In this document: piece after piece, positions 1 through 11,526 of the stretch | How the letters are laid out: each line of letters opens with the position of its first letter | How positions within the stretch are numbered: the stretch's first letter is position 1 | Assembly (NCBI GenBank): GCA_946965045.2 | Contig: OX337228.1 | Coordinates: forward strand, 4,588,001 to 4,652,000 | DNA length: 64,000 bases | Reading direction: 5' to 3' | Source: Epithemia pelagica | Lineage: Eukaryota > Protista > Bacillariophyta | Position numbers and translations under genes: made by a program | Notes under the pieces: generated by a model | Database searches by the model: none | Told to the model about the DNA's origin: nothing | The model's input: the letters and a program-made list of their open reading frames with translations, nothing else

Positions 1-1
1 C

Positions 2-1291
2 CAACAACATAACAACAAACGACCCAGATTTACGTCTCCGAATCGCCCATCGGCAGGCTTGGCGCTTGCATCCTCTTCATCGGAGGATACCAATTCTGTC
101 GTTGGTCGTTTGGAAAAGCTGAAACAGCAAGAAGCACTCTTGGCGAAACAACTGGTAGCCGTGCAACGAGAGAAACGTAAAGCTTTGCAAGAGTCCAGGC
201 CTTTGCGTATAGGAGTAATTGGCTTTGGTCGATTTGGACAGTTCATTGCGCGAGCATTTGCGAACCATGGACATCAGGTCGTTGTCACCAGTCGTTCAGA
301 TTACACCGAAAGTGCCAATGCAATGGGCGTCCAATATGTTCCCTTGAATCAACCTGAAGCATTCTTTTTCTCGACACCACCTCGTACAACTGCGTCATCA
401 GCAGCAGAAAACGACGCTACCGACACCAATGGGGAAAATAGAAGGAAAGATAACAACAACACTCTTCTCGACATTGTCGTTTTCTGTGTTTCGATTGTCT
501 CCTTTGAGGAAACTGCTCGTTCGATGCTTCCCTACATTCAACGTGATGTAGATCAGCGACGACTTCAATGTCAGGCGGAGCAACGACAAGAAAATGAGAG
601 CAGCCTTGGTGAGGATAATGTCATGATTAAGGGGCCCATGGTTGTGGATGTCTTGAGTGTGAAGGAGCATCCGCGACAAATCCTGTTGGATTTAATGCCA
701 CCCGAGGTGGACCTCCTCCTAACACATCCCATGTTTGGGCCGGATTCTGGGAAAGATTCTTGGAAGGGCCTAACCTTTGTCTATGAGAAGACACGGATTG
801 CAGGTACTCTATACGAGCAAGAAGACGACAGAAACGACGATGAGTATCCTATCCAAGCTGTCGATCGAATGGAGCGTTTCTTAAGTATATGGGAAGAAGA
901 AGGCTGCAATATGGTGAAAATGTCATGCAGGGACCACGATGCCTATGCAGCCAATTCACAATTCATCACCCACCTTATGGGTCGAATACTGGGAGAACAA
1001 AAGGGGTTACAGCCAACTCCTATTGACACATCTGGGTTCAAGAATGTCCTCAACTTAATCGATCGCACCACCGCAGATTCATTTGAACTTTTCTACGGTT
1101 TGTTCAAGTTCAATCAGAATAGCCACGCAACGATTCTAAATCTTCGAGCAGCCATGGACGATGTAGTCGCTCGCCTTTATACAAAGGAACGAGAGGAAGC
1201 TGCGGAGCACGCAATACTTTCTAACCCAGTTCACCACCTCGAGAATGCACAACATCAAAACCCGTCTAGCGAAAGGCATCGGTCATCTTGA
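2..1291 (+). CDS. tyrA: Prephenate/arogenate dehydrogenase (TyrA family), 5'-partial
   Basis: Rossmann motif IGVIGFGRFG, DVLSVKE, HPMFGP and HDAYAANSQFITH motifs; frame is open back to position 2. Confidence 0.9.
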   Translation, partial: QQHNNKRPRFTSPNRPSAGLALASSSSEDTNSVVGRLEKLKQQEALLAKQLVAVQREKRKALQESRPLRIGVIGFGRFGQFIARAFANHGHQVVVTSRSDYTESANAMGVQYVPLNQPEAFFFSTPPRTTASSAAENDATDTNGENRRKDNNNTLLDIVVFCVSIVSFEETARSMLPYIQRDVDQRRLQCQAEQRQENESSLGEDNVMIKGPMVVDVLSVKEHPRQILLDLMPPEVDLLLTHPMFGPDSGKDSWKGLTFVYEKTRIAGTLYEQEDDRNDDEYPIQAVDRMERFLSIWEEEGCNMVKMSCRDHDAYAANSQFITHLMGRILGEQKGLQPTPIDTSGFKNVLNLIDRTTADSFELFYGLFKFNQNSHATILNLRAAMDDVVARLYTKEREEAAEHAILSNPVHHLENAQHQNPSSERHRSS

Positions 1292-1412
1292 TTGTGGTCG
1301 TGCTTGGCTTGAACAAAACACAAGGATCGAGCATATTCATGTAAGGCTCAAACCGACAAGATAACAATTGAAGATGTTGCGTCCACTCCTCCCCCCTTGA
1401 ATTCGAATATTA

Positions 1413-2272
1413 TTAATAATCCCCCGTTGATTCAACTTTTTGTCTCTTCGAGTCTGGTTCTTCAGGATCCCCAGCCCCACGTTCTTCAGGATACTCCTCG
1501 TCATCTTCTTCTTCATCTTCTTCATCATCCTCTGCATTCTCATGATCAAGCTCTTCGTCATCTTCTTCTTCGTCCTCTTCATCGTCTTTTGAGGCCCTTG
1601 TGTCGGGCGCAGTCGCATCGCCTCGCTCTGCGCCTTCTTTTTCTTTAGAGAGCGATGCCTCTTCCGGTTTCACTGAGTCTGATGCATCATCATTACTATG
1701 TTCTCTGTCAATGTTCATTTTCTCCGCGGATGCTTGTTTTTTCGCTTCTTTGGCATCCTTCTTCTGCTTTTCCTGTTTTCGGTGGTGCTCCAAAAATCGA
1801 TTCATTTCCGGTGTAAACTCTTCAAAGTCAAGCTCCTACACGTGTACTCAATGAATCAAGTGGATCGCATTATGAGGACCAATAAGATTATTTCTAGCAC
1901 TCAAACCAGTCAACTTACTCTTACGGCCGCGAGGACGTCATTTGCTGTGATTGTTTGACGTTTGTTCTCTCTGGCAAAATCATTCGCGCATGCCGTAATA
2001 TACAAAATGAATATACCTGTGGACCGAGCAAACGCCGCTGAAGCATCTTTACCAACATTGGTACTACTGGGAAGAGCATGTTTCAAAATGCGACGAACAC
2101 ATGCCAATGGGGGCTCGAACTCCATGGAATTAGGAGGAGCGGATGCAGCAGTTCCCAATGCATCCGTAGAACTGCTTCGGGCTGCATTTGATGATGACGG
2201 TGTCCCACCAGTTGATGATTTCGTTGCTGAGGAGGCGGCTGAAGGAGAAGCATTCGAAGATGTTGGATCCAT
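1413..2272 (-). CDS. POLE3: Histone-fold NF-YB-like protein, DNA polymerase epsilon subunit 3 / CHRAC17; 2 exons
   Basis: PPLACVRRILK..FARSTGIFILYITACAND..KRQTITANDVLAAVR, then GTAAGT donor and TAG acceptor joining to ELDFEEF; acidic C-terminal tail. Confidence 0.85.
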
Positions 2273-2699
2273 GATTGAAAGGGGAATGACGGTTCAATTG
2301 ATTATGATTGCACGGCCACTCCTAAAAATTGCGGCATCATTTTTTCTACCTCTAGGTAAATCTCCAAAGCCACATATCCAAGATAGCCCATCCTTGCTGC
2401 TCAGATCCCCTAAGGTTAGGGGTTAGGGGTGAGAATCTGGTCGCGTGTTAGTCGGATTCTGAGGAGTCATCTCTTGAGACGGCCAGACGCCACTTTGGCC
2501 CCTCGTCAGGCGTCAGGATCAGTCTGTCCTTTTCCCGTATGGGACCGACGACCGACCGTCCAACCACTCACCCATCCATCACACATTTTGATCATCATAA
2601 ATTCACAACAGAACCCGATTACTCCAATGTGAGATCGCAGATGTGGTCGACGACAGCTAGAAGGGTTTCTTTCACTCATAGAAGAGGCTAGTAACTGGA

Positions 2700-3779
2700 A
2701 TGAATTCCTATCAAAACTTACGAAGAAGAAAAAGATTCCGTGCAGTTTTGCAACTGAAGGCTGTTGTCGTCTTTGTTGCTACTTGCTTAAATGTCAAGTG
2801 TGAGGTTTGGGCTTCAGTATTTGATCACCAAATTTCATACTTGAAAGCATCTCGTCAAAAGCTTGCGTCTTACCGTGACGGCTTGTTGAACCGTCATCAG
2901 AAAGAGAGTCACGGTCATGCTCGATCATCTTGTTCTGACGCCGTCGAAATCCTTAAGGAACACATAGCGAAGACGACTCCAATTTCCGATTTCTACATAC
3001 AAGGGTGGCGATGGCATACATTGTCACTTATTCGTGAATCTAATCGTCTTTCTCAGGCTGCCGCAGCGATGCGACATCGGCGAAGTTCGAGCACAAGCGA
3101 AGATTTACTCAAAGCTGCAGAATACGTTGTAAACTTTAATATGCGAGGGCTTCATAGAATAGAGAGTGAGCTGTTCTTTCCCTGGATTGTCAAACGGCCG
3201 AGCGTACAGGAACAATCGAGAGAGATTATTGACTCTCTCCATACAGTTATGAGAGACCTTGACACTGTTCGGGAAAATGTGAAGAAACATGGGGCGAAGT
3301 TGGTAAGGGTTTTGTCGTTGGTCCAGTGGTGCTTGGTTCTGGCTGATGGAAGAAGTCTCTCATGTTGTTTTCCTTTTTTTAATATACAGATAGAGGCTGT
3401 CACGGCAGAGGACTGGAGTGATCACTCCTCATCATCCACGCTTTCTTATCGCTGTCTCAATGTTGTTTCTCAAGAATCGGCGGCCATAACTGCGCAGTCG
3501 AAGTACATCTTGGACACGGCTGATTCCTTGTTGGTTCCCTTGATTGAACGTTACGTATCGGAATCAGATCAAAAGTCTTTCAACAATAGAGTAATTCGTC
3601 TTTTGGGAATTTGGGATTCGCGACTCCACCTTGTCGGTATGCACCAGGCAACCTTATCTTTGCCCTCAGAACGTGTTCTCTTTCAACAAATTATACCCAA
3701 GTTGCCACAGTCAATGATCCAACGATGGAAACGCTTGCTGTATGATCCAAAAGTCCAAGCGCTCGAGGGATATTATTGA
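2700..3779 (+). CDS. Signal-peptide/TM protein with hemerythrin-like (HHE) motif; probable intron ~3303-3390
   Basis: Hydrophobic N-terminal segment, LHRIESELFFPW motif; GTAAGG...CAG inside the ORF. Confidence 0.55.
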   Translation: MNSYQNLRRRKRFRAVLQLKAVVVFVATCLNVKCEVWASVFDHQISYLKASRQKLASYRDGLLNRHQKESHGHARSSCSDAVEILKEHIAKTTPISDFYIQGWRWHTLSLIRESNRLSQAAAAMRHRRSSSTSEDLLKAAEYVVNFNMRGLHRIESELFFPWIVKRPSVQEQSREIIDSLHTVMRDLDTVRENVKKHGAKLVRVLSLVQWCLVLADGRSLSCCFPFFNIQIEAVTAEDWSDHSSSSTLSYRCLNVVSQESAAITAQSKYILDTADSLLVPLIERYVSESDQKSFNNRVIRLLGIWDSRLHLVGMHQATLSLPSERVLFQQIIPKLPQSMIQRWKRLLYDPKVQALEGYY

Positions 3780-4463
3780 CCAACTGTTGCTTGCACAGGA
3801 TTTCATTTGCTTAATTCATATAAAGGTGCGTCGATCTATCACTCGTACGGCTGCCAATCGAGGAATGTATCGTGAAGAGCTGGACCTGCGCGTTTATATT
3901 ATCACAGGTATAAGCATGTTTGCAGTGTCACTTGCCGTTTCGCGCCGAGAATCTACTCTTCATGGAGTGCATTCATCTCTGAGGTACAAGCGATGGCCCA
4001 AGGCTCAAGAGCAGTATTTACACATTTGAAACCAAAACAGGATTGTTGAGCATATCTTCGTGATTTGCTCCATTTCGTTGGATGTTCCTTATGGGGCGAG
4101 CTACATTCCAAATCCTTGGCGAATGCGCCCTGGCGCTTTTACGTGATTGGGACATAACCGTGGCACGGACATGCATATCATCGTATATTTCTCACACGAA
4201 TTTTTGTTTTTCTGCCAGTTCCGAGACTCACTGAGAGTGAAAGTCAGTTGGAAGCTTATGCCTCATCGAGCGATTGCGCGGAAAAAGTTAGCAAACAGAG
4301 CATCTGCTGAAGCTCTATTTCAACGTGGACAAATGTGGAAGACGAAGAAGGACTGACGAAGAAGGACTGACGAAGAAGGACATGAATATCTCAAACGTTT
4401 GGTTCCATTTCATCGGATCGACACTCCTATCAGCAACGTGCTAGCTATGCGATAATAGACTGG

Positions 4464-5090
4464 TCAACCTCTTTCCTGGTCAAGAAAATGCGTCATTTGC
4501 GATCGCCATTCCATTTCTTCCTTTCTCATTTCTTCATACCTCTCCGCTACAATCTTCTTCCATTCAGCTTCATCCATATGATTGTCAGGATCTGTAGGCC
4601 AAGCTGGTATATCGTCGCCCAACCATCGAGTTAATACAGGAACTCCAATATCCTGCCCCGATGCCTGTCGTTGCGATAATATTTCAAGTCGCTTCTTCAA
4701 TTTCTTTTCACCGTCAACCCATTTAGTGCTCATTTCATCCACCTTAATTAATGGTTGAGAATTCAACGCTTCCTCCTTACTCGTTTTTATTAACGGTGGT
4801 TGCTGGTGTCCTCCCATCATTATCTTGTGTAGTTCTTCTTCTTCTGCTTTCCGAATATCAGGTAACATATAAGTTGCTAGTGTGAGAAGGAATGCTAATG
4901 AGAGTAGAACGACGATCCCTGTATCAACCGCTTTAGATCGCTGGTTACGACCAGGTGCAGCAGTACCGGGTCGTCCAATTCCAGGCATGCGTCGTTGAGG
5001 CAACTGCGCATCACTGGCAACATCGCCGCTATTTCGTCTAGCAACAGGAGACAGGGCAGAGCCACTAACTGTTCGTCGACCTCGCAGCAT
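4464..5090 (-). CDS. Hypothetical single-pass membrane protein
   Basis: 208-aa ORF with TM segment GIVVLLSLAFLLTLATYML. Confidence 0.65.
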   Translation of the reverse strand: MLRGRRTVSGSALSPVARRNSGDVASDAQLPQRRMPGIGRPGTAAPGRNQRSKAVDTGIVVLLSLAFLLTLATYMLPDIRKAEEEELHKIMMGGHQQPPLIKTSKEEALNSQPLIKVDEMSTKWVDGEKKLKKRLEILSQRQASGQDIGVPVLTRWLGDDIPAWPTDPDNHMDEAEWKKIVAERYEEMRKEEMEWRSQMTHFLDQERG

Positions 5091-5216
5091 GATGGAGAAT
5101 GGTGTATGGTGTGGGCAAAAGACCGATGATGTTGATCGAAAGTATCAATGGCTTTTGAATCCCGGATAAAAATAAAACAAGACTCACAAAATTACTGTCT
5201 CGCTTTTGTTGTCACC

Positions 5217-6776
5217 ATGGAGAACCTTGTCCCTGCACCTTCGCGTGTCAACAGCAACAGACCTATGGAATCGTTTGAGTGGCCAACAGACTCACAATCC
5301 TATCAATTGCTGGGAAAGATTGGGCGAGGCGCATTTGCCACGGTATGGAAAGCAGTTCCGAAAACAGCGCAGTTGCCGCATACTCCTTTAGGGACCACAG
5401 CTCAAGGACAACAAGTACAACAGGCACATCCGCCAACCTATGAGTGTGCTGTTAAAATTCTGAATCTGGATCATGTCGACAGTGATCTTCAAGAAATCCG
5501 ACGAGAAGTCCAATCAATGAGATTAAGTTCTCATGCAAACATATTGACTTGTTACACAGCCTTTGTCTATGACATTCATTTGTGGTTGGTAACTCCGCTC
5601 ATGCGAAAGGGATCGTCCTTACATTGCTTGCAGACAGCTCGTAGATTCAACTGTCCAACGAGAAACTCCATGGAGCCACACATATTTTTCATTCTACAAC
5701 AGTCACTGCTGGGATTGCAATACATTCACGACAATCACCATATTCATCGTGATATGAAGGGAGGTAATATATTACTTGATTCCGATGGCAGTGTGAGAAT
5801 TGCTGATTTTGGTGTTAGTCAATGGCTAGATCCTCATTTCGGAGCCGGTGTGGCAGCTGCCAAGGCTCGCACATTTGTTGGAACACCCTGTTGGATGGCA
5901 CCCGAGGTCATGGAACAACATTCGGACGGTTACGATACAAAGGCAGATGTTTGGAGTTTAGGTATCACTGCTTTGGAGCTTGCCAAAGGATATGCTCCCT
6001 ATGCCAAGTATCCTCCCATGAAAGTTTTAATTCTCACCATTCAAGAAGATCCGCCGTCGCTGGCAACTTATCTAACGTTGGATGAGGACGGCAACGACGA
6101 CGACCCTCATCATGAACAACAACCACACTCGGCAGCCCAAAGATCGTCATCACAACATCAATCAGTGGTGATCACTGAGCAGTACTCGAAGCTTTTTTCG
6201 TCTTTTGTGGATCAATGTCTTCAAAAGATGCCCAGTCGAAGGCCTTCGTGTGCCGACTTGTTGCAACATCGGGCTCTACATGCCATGACCAACAATCCTC
6301 AACATTTGCAGGAACGACAACGACATTTACAAGAGCAAGTTTGTCAGTACGTGCCGGATGTTGGTAGCCACAACAGTGAACAACCATTGTACAACCAAAG
6401 ACTGCACGAGCAGGTGAAGATTGTGTCATCGCCATCCCATCAGCAACCTGAAAAACGACAAAAAGGCACGACGTGGGTTTTTTCTGATGGCTCGCAAGTT
6501 CTCTCTAGTACTGCGCTAAAATCTGGTGATAGTATGTCCGTAGACGATGTTTTTGATCAATTGGACGAATTTGGTAAAGAAACAGGAGGCGAACACTATC
6601 AGAAACAGGACCAACAGCAACAACCATCGGACCAATTAACGCAGAAGCGAAGTAGTAACAGTCAGGACCACCATGGTGATGATGACGACGATATGGATGA
6701 TTTTCTTAATAACTTGGAACAAACGTTGCCGGGAGAAGATTTCCAACGTCCATCTTCGGGTGCGGCTTCCAAATAG
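5217..6776 (+). CDS. STE20-family Ser/Thr kinase (OSR1/SPAK-like)
   Basis: IGRGAFATV, AVKIL, HRDMKGGN, DFG, TFVGTPCWMAPE, LTIQEDPP. Confidence 0.92.
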   Translation: MENLVPAPSRVNSNRPMESFEWPTDSQSYQLLGKIGRGAFATVWKAVPKTAQLPHTPLGTTAQGQQVQQAHPPTYECAVKILNLDHVDSDLQEIRREVQSMRLSSHANILTCYTAFVYDIHLWLVTPLMRKGSSLHCLQTARRFNCPTRNSMEPHIFFILQQSLLGLQYIHDNHHIHRDMKGGNILLDSDGSVRIADFGVSQWLDPHFGAGVAAAKARTFVGTPCWMAPEVMEQHSDGYDTKADVWSLGITALELAKGYAPYAKYPPMKVLILTIQEDPPSLATYLTLDEDGNDDDPHHEQQPHSAAQRSSSQHQSVVITEQYSKLFSSFVDQCLQKMPSRRPSCADLLQHRALHAMTNNPQHLQERQRHLQEQVCQYVPDVGSHNSEQPLYNQRLHEQVKIVSSPSHQQPEKRQKGTTWVFSDGSQVLSSTALKSGDSMSVDDVFDQLDEFGKETGGEHYQKQDQQQQPSDQLTQKRSSNSQDHHGDDDDDMDDFLNNLEQTLPGEDFQRPSSGAASK

Positions 6777-7045
6777 CTCAGTAATGTATAATTGTGACGT
6801 TTGCTGTTTTGTTTTTGAAGCCTGACGGGCTTTGAAGACTGGCTGTTTGTTATAGACAACGATCGGAAATACAACGACATCGAGACTTGGCAGCTCCACT
6901 CTAGCCGGAAGTTTCTGTTTTGCCTTAGACAACTATCTACGTACACTCTACTTGACTTTGACGCTGTCCCCGTCAATGCTCCACGCAATGGCAGCTGAAG
7001 GAAAACCTTCGTTAATACTCTATGGACGGTAGTAGAAAAGATTTC

Positions 7046-9535
7046 CTATTCGTCATATTCTGGTAGTTGAATGGGCTGTGTCGCGTGAGCCAACGCTCGT
7101 ATGCAGTCTCGAACGTTGGTGGCCAACCTTTCATCAAGACTTTCAACGGAAATATGCGCTGTCGAGCCTTCTCCGTTTGGATCCAAAGACTCGCTGTCAG
7201 GATCGAAGATCACCTTTACAGTGCACTGAACGACGTTGTTTGAGAGTTGTTTACTCATATCACCGCTCTCCGCTGCTTCTTGTTTTATTGAAGCTTGGTT
7301 TGTTGATGCAGTCGACGTGTTGGCGTCAGCAGCATCTGACGTCGAAGAAATGTTCTTTGGAACTACCGCTTCCAAGAATCCACTATCGGTTTGAATATCA
7401 TACGTTCCTTCGTTCCCTTCATAAACGGCTTCTACATTCTCAAATTGGCCCTTGAGAGATTGATATATGTACTTTAAGCGCCCTTCAGTTGCGGCTGAGC
7501 GCGTTTTGGATCGCTTACTCCTGCTGTTAACATCACCGTCTTCCACCTCTTCCTTTGTTCTTGGGTCGTCCTGCCGATAGTGAGAACAAGGCTGACTCGT
7601 CATGCGTACTGAGGCAGCACTACTCTGAGCGTGCATGATGAGTGCCACCACAGCATCGGCTAAGACGTCTGCTTCCGGTGTTGCGTCCCATTCAACAATC
7701 GCTGCTGTGCTTTGGGCGCCAGTTCTTGGATCTTGATTGGCAAGAAGCGGTGTCACGGTCACCCGCACCACGTCGTGCAACTGAAAGATGGTTGACACTA
7801 CAGTTTCTTCTGAAGAAGGTACCGAAGTCGTTTCTGTACGCACCGTTATACCACTAAACATCTCAACCAGGAAAACTTTCAAAGTAGTTATTGATCCTGC
7901 AAAGGGAACGTGAAGTTTAGAAGCGATGGTGCCAATTCGCAACGGCGTGTATGTGGCCAAGTCCTCTGGAGCAACTATCTTCGAATGAAAGTTATGGGTC
8001 ACCATGATGCCCCGAACCTCTTCACCTGCGGTCGCCACCCGACCTCTGGAGGATTCATACTTCGGCTGACTATCAACGCTCTTTTTATGCGTGTCGTCGG
8101 AAACTTGTACAAGTGGCTCTTGTGCCAAGATCCCCATCACTTTGGCCGATCGTCGTCGCGCAAAACGCAGTTTTACTTCTTGAAGATTCGGTGGCATGGT
8201 AATCGTAGGCCGTTTCGATTCCGGTAAAGTCTTGTACTGCAACATTAAGGCCGACTTTAGACGCCCCATTTCTTCTTTTGCCCCATGAACCAAGACAATG
8301 TGTCGTGGTGCCACTTGCGTAATGAAACTGCGATTCTGTACAAAGTCCACATGGGCACTGAAGCTCACATAGTCCACCAAGCAGTTGAGAGGCTGTCGTC
8401 TTCCTTCCAACGTGACAACTTCTTTGGGTTGCGTCATAATTTCTTTGGCCAAAGTATGGTCGACAGCGTAACCAGCGATTAAAACGCCATTGTTAGGATT
8501 GCTGGCCCACCGATCAAACAGTTGTCGGGAGACTCCAGACTGAAGCATACCCGGGGAGGCAAATACAACAGAGGGTCCTGAGTCGTCAAATGTGTTGACA
8601 TCAATGGACTTGAGATTTTGAATGAACTGAAATTTGAATGGATTGCTTACATCCATCTGGGATCGGATACGGGCGTTCATCATATTGGCATAGGTCTGGT
8701 AGACACGAAGTGCACGACTGGCCATTTTACTTGCGTACCAGATGGGTATATCTTGTAACTGCGAATTCGCCTGCCAGTATTCATCCAAGATCAGCAACAA
8801 TTCTTGCGCACGGCCCAAGGCAAAGACGGGGATCAAACAGCGTCCACCACGAGAAACGATACGTTCCACAGTGTTGGTGAAGCGAGCTTCACGTTCTGCC
8901 CGACTTGCATGGACCTGAACTCCATACGTGGACTCTGTGACCAGCAAATCAGGCTTTTTGTGCGGGATTTCCGCCGCCATTAGGTGCCGATCATCTTCCA
9001 TACTGTAGTCTCCGGTGTAGAGAACTGAGCGACCTCCCAACTCCAGAAAATACATACAGGCTCCCAAAACATGACCAGCATTAAGGGCATGAAACGACAA
9101 TCCTCCAACGGTAACGGTTGTGTGGTAATCCAACAATTCGACCTTTTGTAGACAAGAATACAGTTCGGATTCTGTATAAAGTACATCTTCTGGTTTGGTA
9201 TTTCGCATGGCCATCAATCTCAAATAGTCCCCCAGAAGCAAGCGCAAGACGGCCTTGGTTGGGTGCGTCATGAAAACGCGTCCCTTGAAATTTGTTCGCT
9301 CCGTCAAATAAGGCAAAGATGCGGCGTGGTCAAGATGAAAATGTGTGATCAAAACAACATCTATTTGGTCCGGTTCTATGCGATCCAGAAATGGTAGTCC
9401 ATTGAGGCCATCATATCCAGGATGAATGCCACAGTCCAAGAGAATCGTCATGCCACGAAATTCCATCACGTGACAGGAACGCCCCACCTCTTGGCCAGAC
9501 CCCAGAGGGGTTATCATCATGATGTCTTCCGCCAT
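7046..9535 (-). CDS. CPSF3: Cleavage and polyadenylation specificity factor 73-kDa subunit
   Basis: PLGSGQEVGRSC, THFHLDHAASLP metallo-beta-lactamase motif, beta-CASP region, SFSAHVD. Confidence 0.96.
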   Translation of the reverse strand: MAEDIMMITPLGSGQEVGRSCHVMEFRGMTILLDCGIHPGYDGLNGLPFLDRIEPDQIDVVLITHFHLDHAASLPYLTERTNFKGRVFMTHPTKAVLRLLLGDYLRLMAMRNTKPEDVLYTESELYSCLQKVELLDYHTTVTVGGLSFHALNAGHVLGACMYFLELGGRSVLYTGDYSMEDDRHLMAAEIPHKKPDLLVTESTYGVQVHASRAEREARFTNTVERIVSRGGRCLIPVFALGRAQELLLILDEYWQANSQLQDIPIWYASKMASRALRVYQTYANMMNARIRSQMDVSNPFKFQFIQNLKSIDVNTFDDSGPSVVFASPGMLQSGVSRQLFDRWASNPNNGVLIAGYAVDHTLAKEIMTQPKEVVTLEGRRQPLNCLVDYVSFSAHVDFVQNRSFITQVAPRHIVLVHGAKEEMGRLKSALMLQYKTLPESKRPTITMPPNLQEVKLRFARRRSAKVMGILAQEPLVQVSDDTHKKSVDSQPKYESSRGRVATAGEEVRGIMVTHNFHSKIVAPEDLATYTPLRIGTIASKLHVPFAGSITTLKVFLVEMFSGITVRTETTSVPSSEETVVSTIFQLHDVVRVTVTPLLANQDPRTGAQSTAAIVEWDATPEADVLADAVVALIMHAQSSAASVRMTSQPCSHYRQDDPRTKEEVEDGDVNSRSKRSKTRSAATEGRLKYIYQSLKGQFENVEAVYEGNEGTYDIQTDSGFLEAVVPKNISSTSDAADANTSTASTNQASIKQEAAESGDMSKQLSNNVVQCTVKVIFDPDSESLDPNGEGSTAHISVESLDERLATNVRDCIRALAHATQPIQLPEYDE

Positions 9536-9881
9536 GGTCTGATAAAGATGATCGTGGAGAGCGGGGAAAGTTTGTCGGTTTTAGCAGAAGAAATAGTCGC
9601 ATATAGGTCGCTTAAGAGGGGTTCTAGACCAAAAAGATTTCCATGGTCTTTTTCTAGAGCAAGCACGAAGGGGTAGAGTAAACCTAGGAGTGCGAGACTT
9701 CTAACTCCAAAAGAATAGCTCCCCAAAGCATGAGAGGATAAAATAAACTACTCAAATGTAAATAAACCAATGTCACTCAATGGCTCTGGTCATCCTAGTG
9801 ATCTCTTGCGACACTTTTCCATCGAGTACATTGCAATGGGCTATGAGCGAAAAAGGACGCGCAACCAATTACGCGGCCACA

Positions 9882-11081
9882 TCAGAACGAGGGAAGTTCC
9901 ACGTATCCAGGCAACCCAATCTTCTCGACCACTCCACGCTGCTTCAAAACAAAGAGGAGGATCCCATAGCCGACAACCACAAGAGCGATACCTGCCAACA
10001 TACCGGTACCAAAAGATCCCCCGGAACTGGCCGGCTGAGCTTCGGTGGATGCCTTGGCCTTGGACAAGGATTGTTTCTCGTCGCCTTTTTCAATCTGACG
10101 AACAAATTCCTTCACTGTTTTAAGCTTGGGATTGCTCGGATCATTCTCCGGATGTTCCAAACGCTCCCAAAATTCCTTTCCCGCAGAGGCGCACTTGTCA
10201 CGAAAGGCTTCATAACGCTCGACTTGTTCTGTCCTACCATGTTCCTTCGCCTCGAGTTGGCAAGAGTCAGGCAACGGCATTCCCCGCAATGTCCGGGGCA
10301 TTCCCATCAAGACTATGGCAAATGCGGAATCGTTCACACCATCCGTGCACTCCTGTGTATATTTGCGGCAATCTAGAGACCTTAGTTCAGATGCAGGGGG
10401 GAGACAACCGTTCAGTGTTTCCAACCCTTGTACACATTGTTCTTGGAAAATAGCTTCGAACTTAGACGCCAAACATGCCCCCATCTTCACAGACTTTCCA
10501 TCAACAGCATAAGGCCACAAATCAACGGTACAGATCGGAACTTCCTCGGCAAGCTTCGCAAAGCATTTCTCAGTGCCTTCTGGACGCAAGATCTCATCAC
10601 GGAGCATTTGGCCCAGGGGATTATTTCCAAGAACAGCAATAGCACATTGCTCCGGAATGTTCATTTGCGCTATATCTAATGCCCCCATTGAATTAACGCA
10701 CTTAATCATAGCACCGACCATAGCAACAAAGAGATCTTCTTCCAACTCCAACTCCTCATATCCGGAACAGTCTTCAAAATGAAGAAAGGCATTCCTCATC
10801 ACATCCTCTTCCGAAGCAGAGCAGGGGCGGGAGAGTGTCATCATCTGAAAAATCGCAGTCGGGTCAGGCATATCAGGGTTCCTCATGTTTTTAATGTCAA
10901 CACCACACTCTGAGAACGAACTATCAATCTCTTGAATGAGGTTATTGATAGCTGCATCTTCGTCGTAAACCATGTTTCGACCTCCAATCCCGCTCGCAAT
11001 CGGAGAGGTCAAATCCTGGCCAACCGCAAGATTAGTAAGCGCAAGAGAAACAGGAATAATGCTTTTCAACAACATTTTCAT
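9882..11081 (-). CDS. Type I membrane protein, Cys-rich luminal domain (paralog A)
   Basis: Signal peptide, 14 Cys shared with paralog B, C-terminal TM, short tail ending GYVEL. Confidence 0.8.
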   Translation of the reverse strand: MKMLLKSIIPVSLALTNLAVGQDLTSPIASGIGGRNMVYDEDAAINNLIQEIDSSFSECGVDIKNMRNPDMPDPTAIFQMMTLSRPCSASEEDVMRNAFLHFEDCSGYEELELEEDLFVAMVGAMIKCVNSMGALDIAQMNIPEQCAIAVLGNNPLGQMLRDEILRPEGTEKCFAKLAEEVPICTVDLWPYAVDGKSVKMGACLASKFEAIFQEQCVQGLETLNGCLPPASELRSLDCRKYTQECTDGVNDSAFAIVLMGMPRTLRGMPLPDSCQLEAKEHGRTEQVERYEAFRDKCASAGKEFWERLEHPENDPSNPKLKTVKEFVRQIEKGDEKQSLSKAKASTEAQPASSGGSFGTGMLAGIALVVVGYGILLFVLKQRGVVEKIGLPGYVELPSF

Positions 11082-11526
11082 TTGAGTAACCAGCTCTACA
11101 ATCTCAACGAGTCTTTGTCTCTAGAGAGGAGGAGTGGAACAGCCTGTGGAGAGATCAAGACCGCGACTCACGATTCACGATATGCCCACTCACACACTTC
11201 TTTGGTTCTTGTGTATGTGGGATGTGGGGGGTGCGCTCTGCACTTCCGTTTCCGGGTCACTTTGCAGTCTGTCACTCTCGTTGCATCTCGTGTATTCTGT
11301 ATTGCATGAATTGGCACTATGACCGGAGATGTATCAACATACCTAGGTAGACAGACAATGAAATGAAGGGTTTCGATCATCATGCAGTTTTGAAACAAGC
11401 TCTCTATAAATGAAACATGTATTACGCAACTTCTTAGCAACCTGTTACATTTCACATCATGTTTACCATGTGAACCGGAGCTTCACGGCCTGAATCCACA
11501 CGGTAGTGATCGCGAGTGTACGTCAC

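Noticed and set aside
2411-2430. Telomere-like TTAGGGG x2
   Set aside because: Only two units in a promoter region; at most a telo-box-like motif.
4342-4382. 15-bp tandem GACGAAGAAGGACT x3
   Set aside because: Ordinary intergenic slippage repeat.
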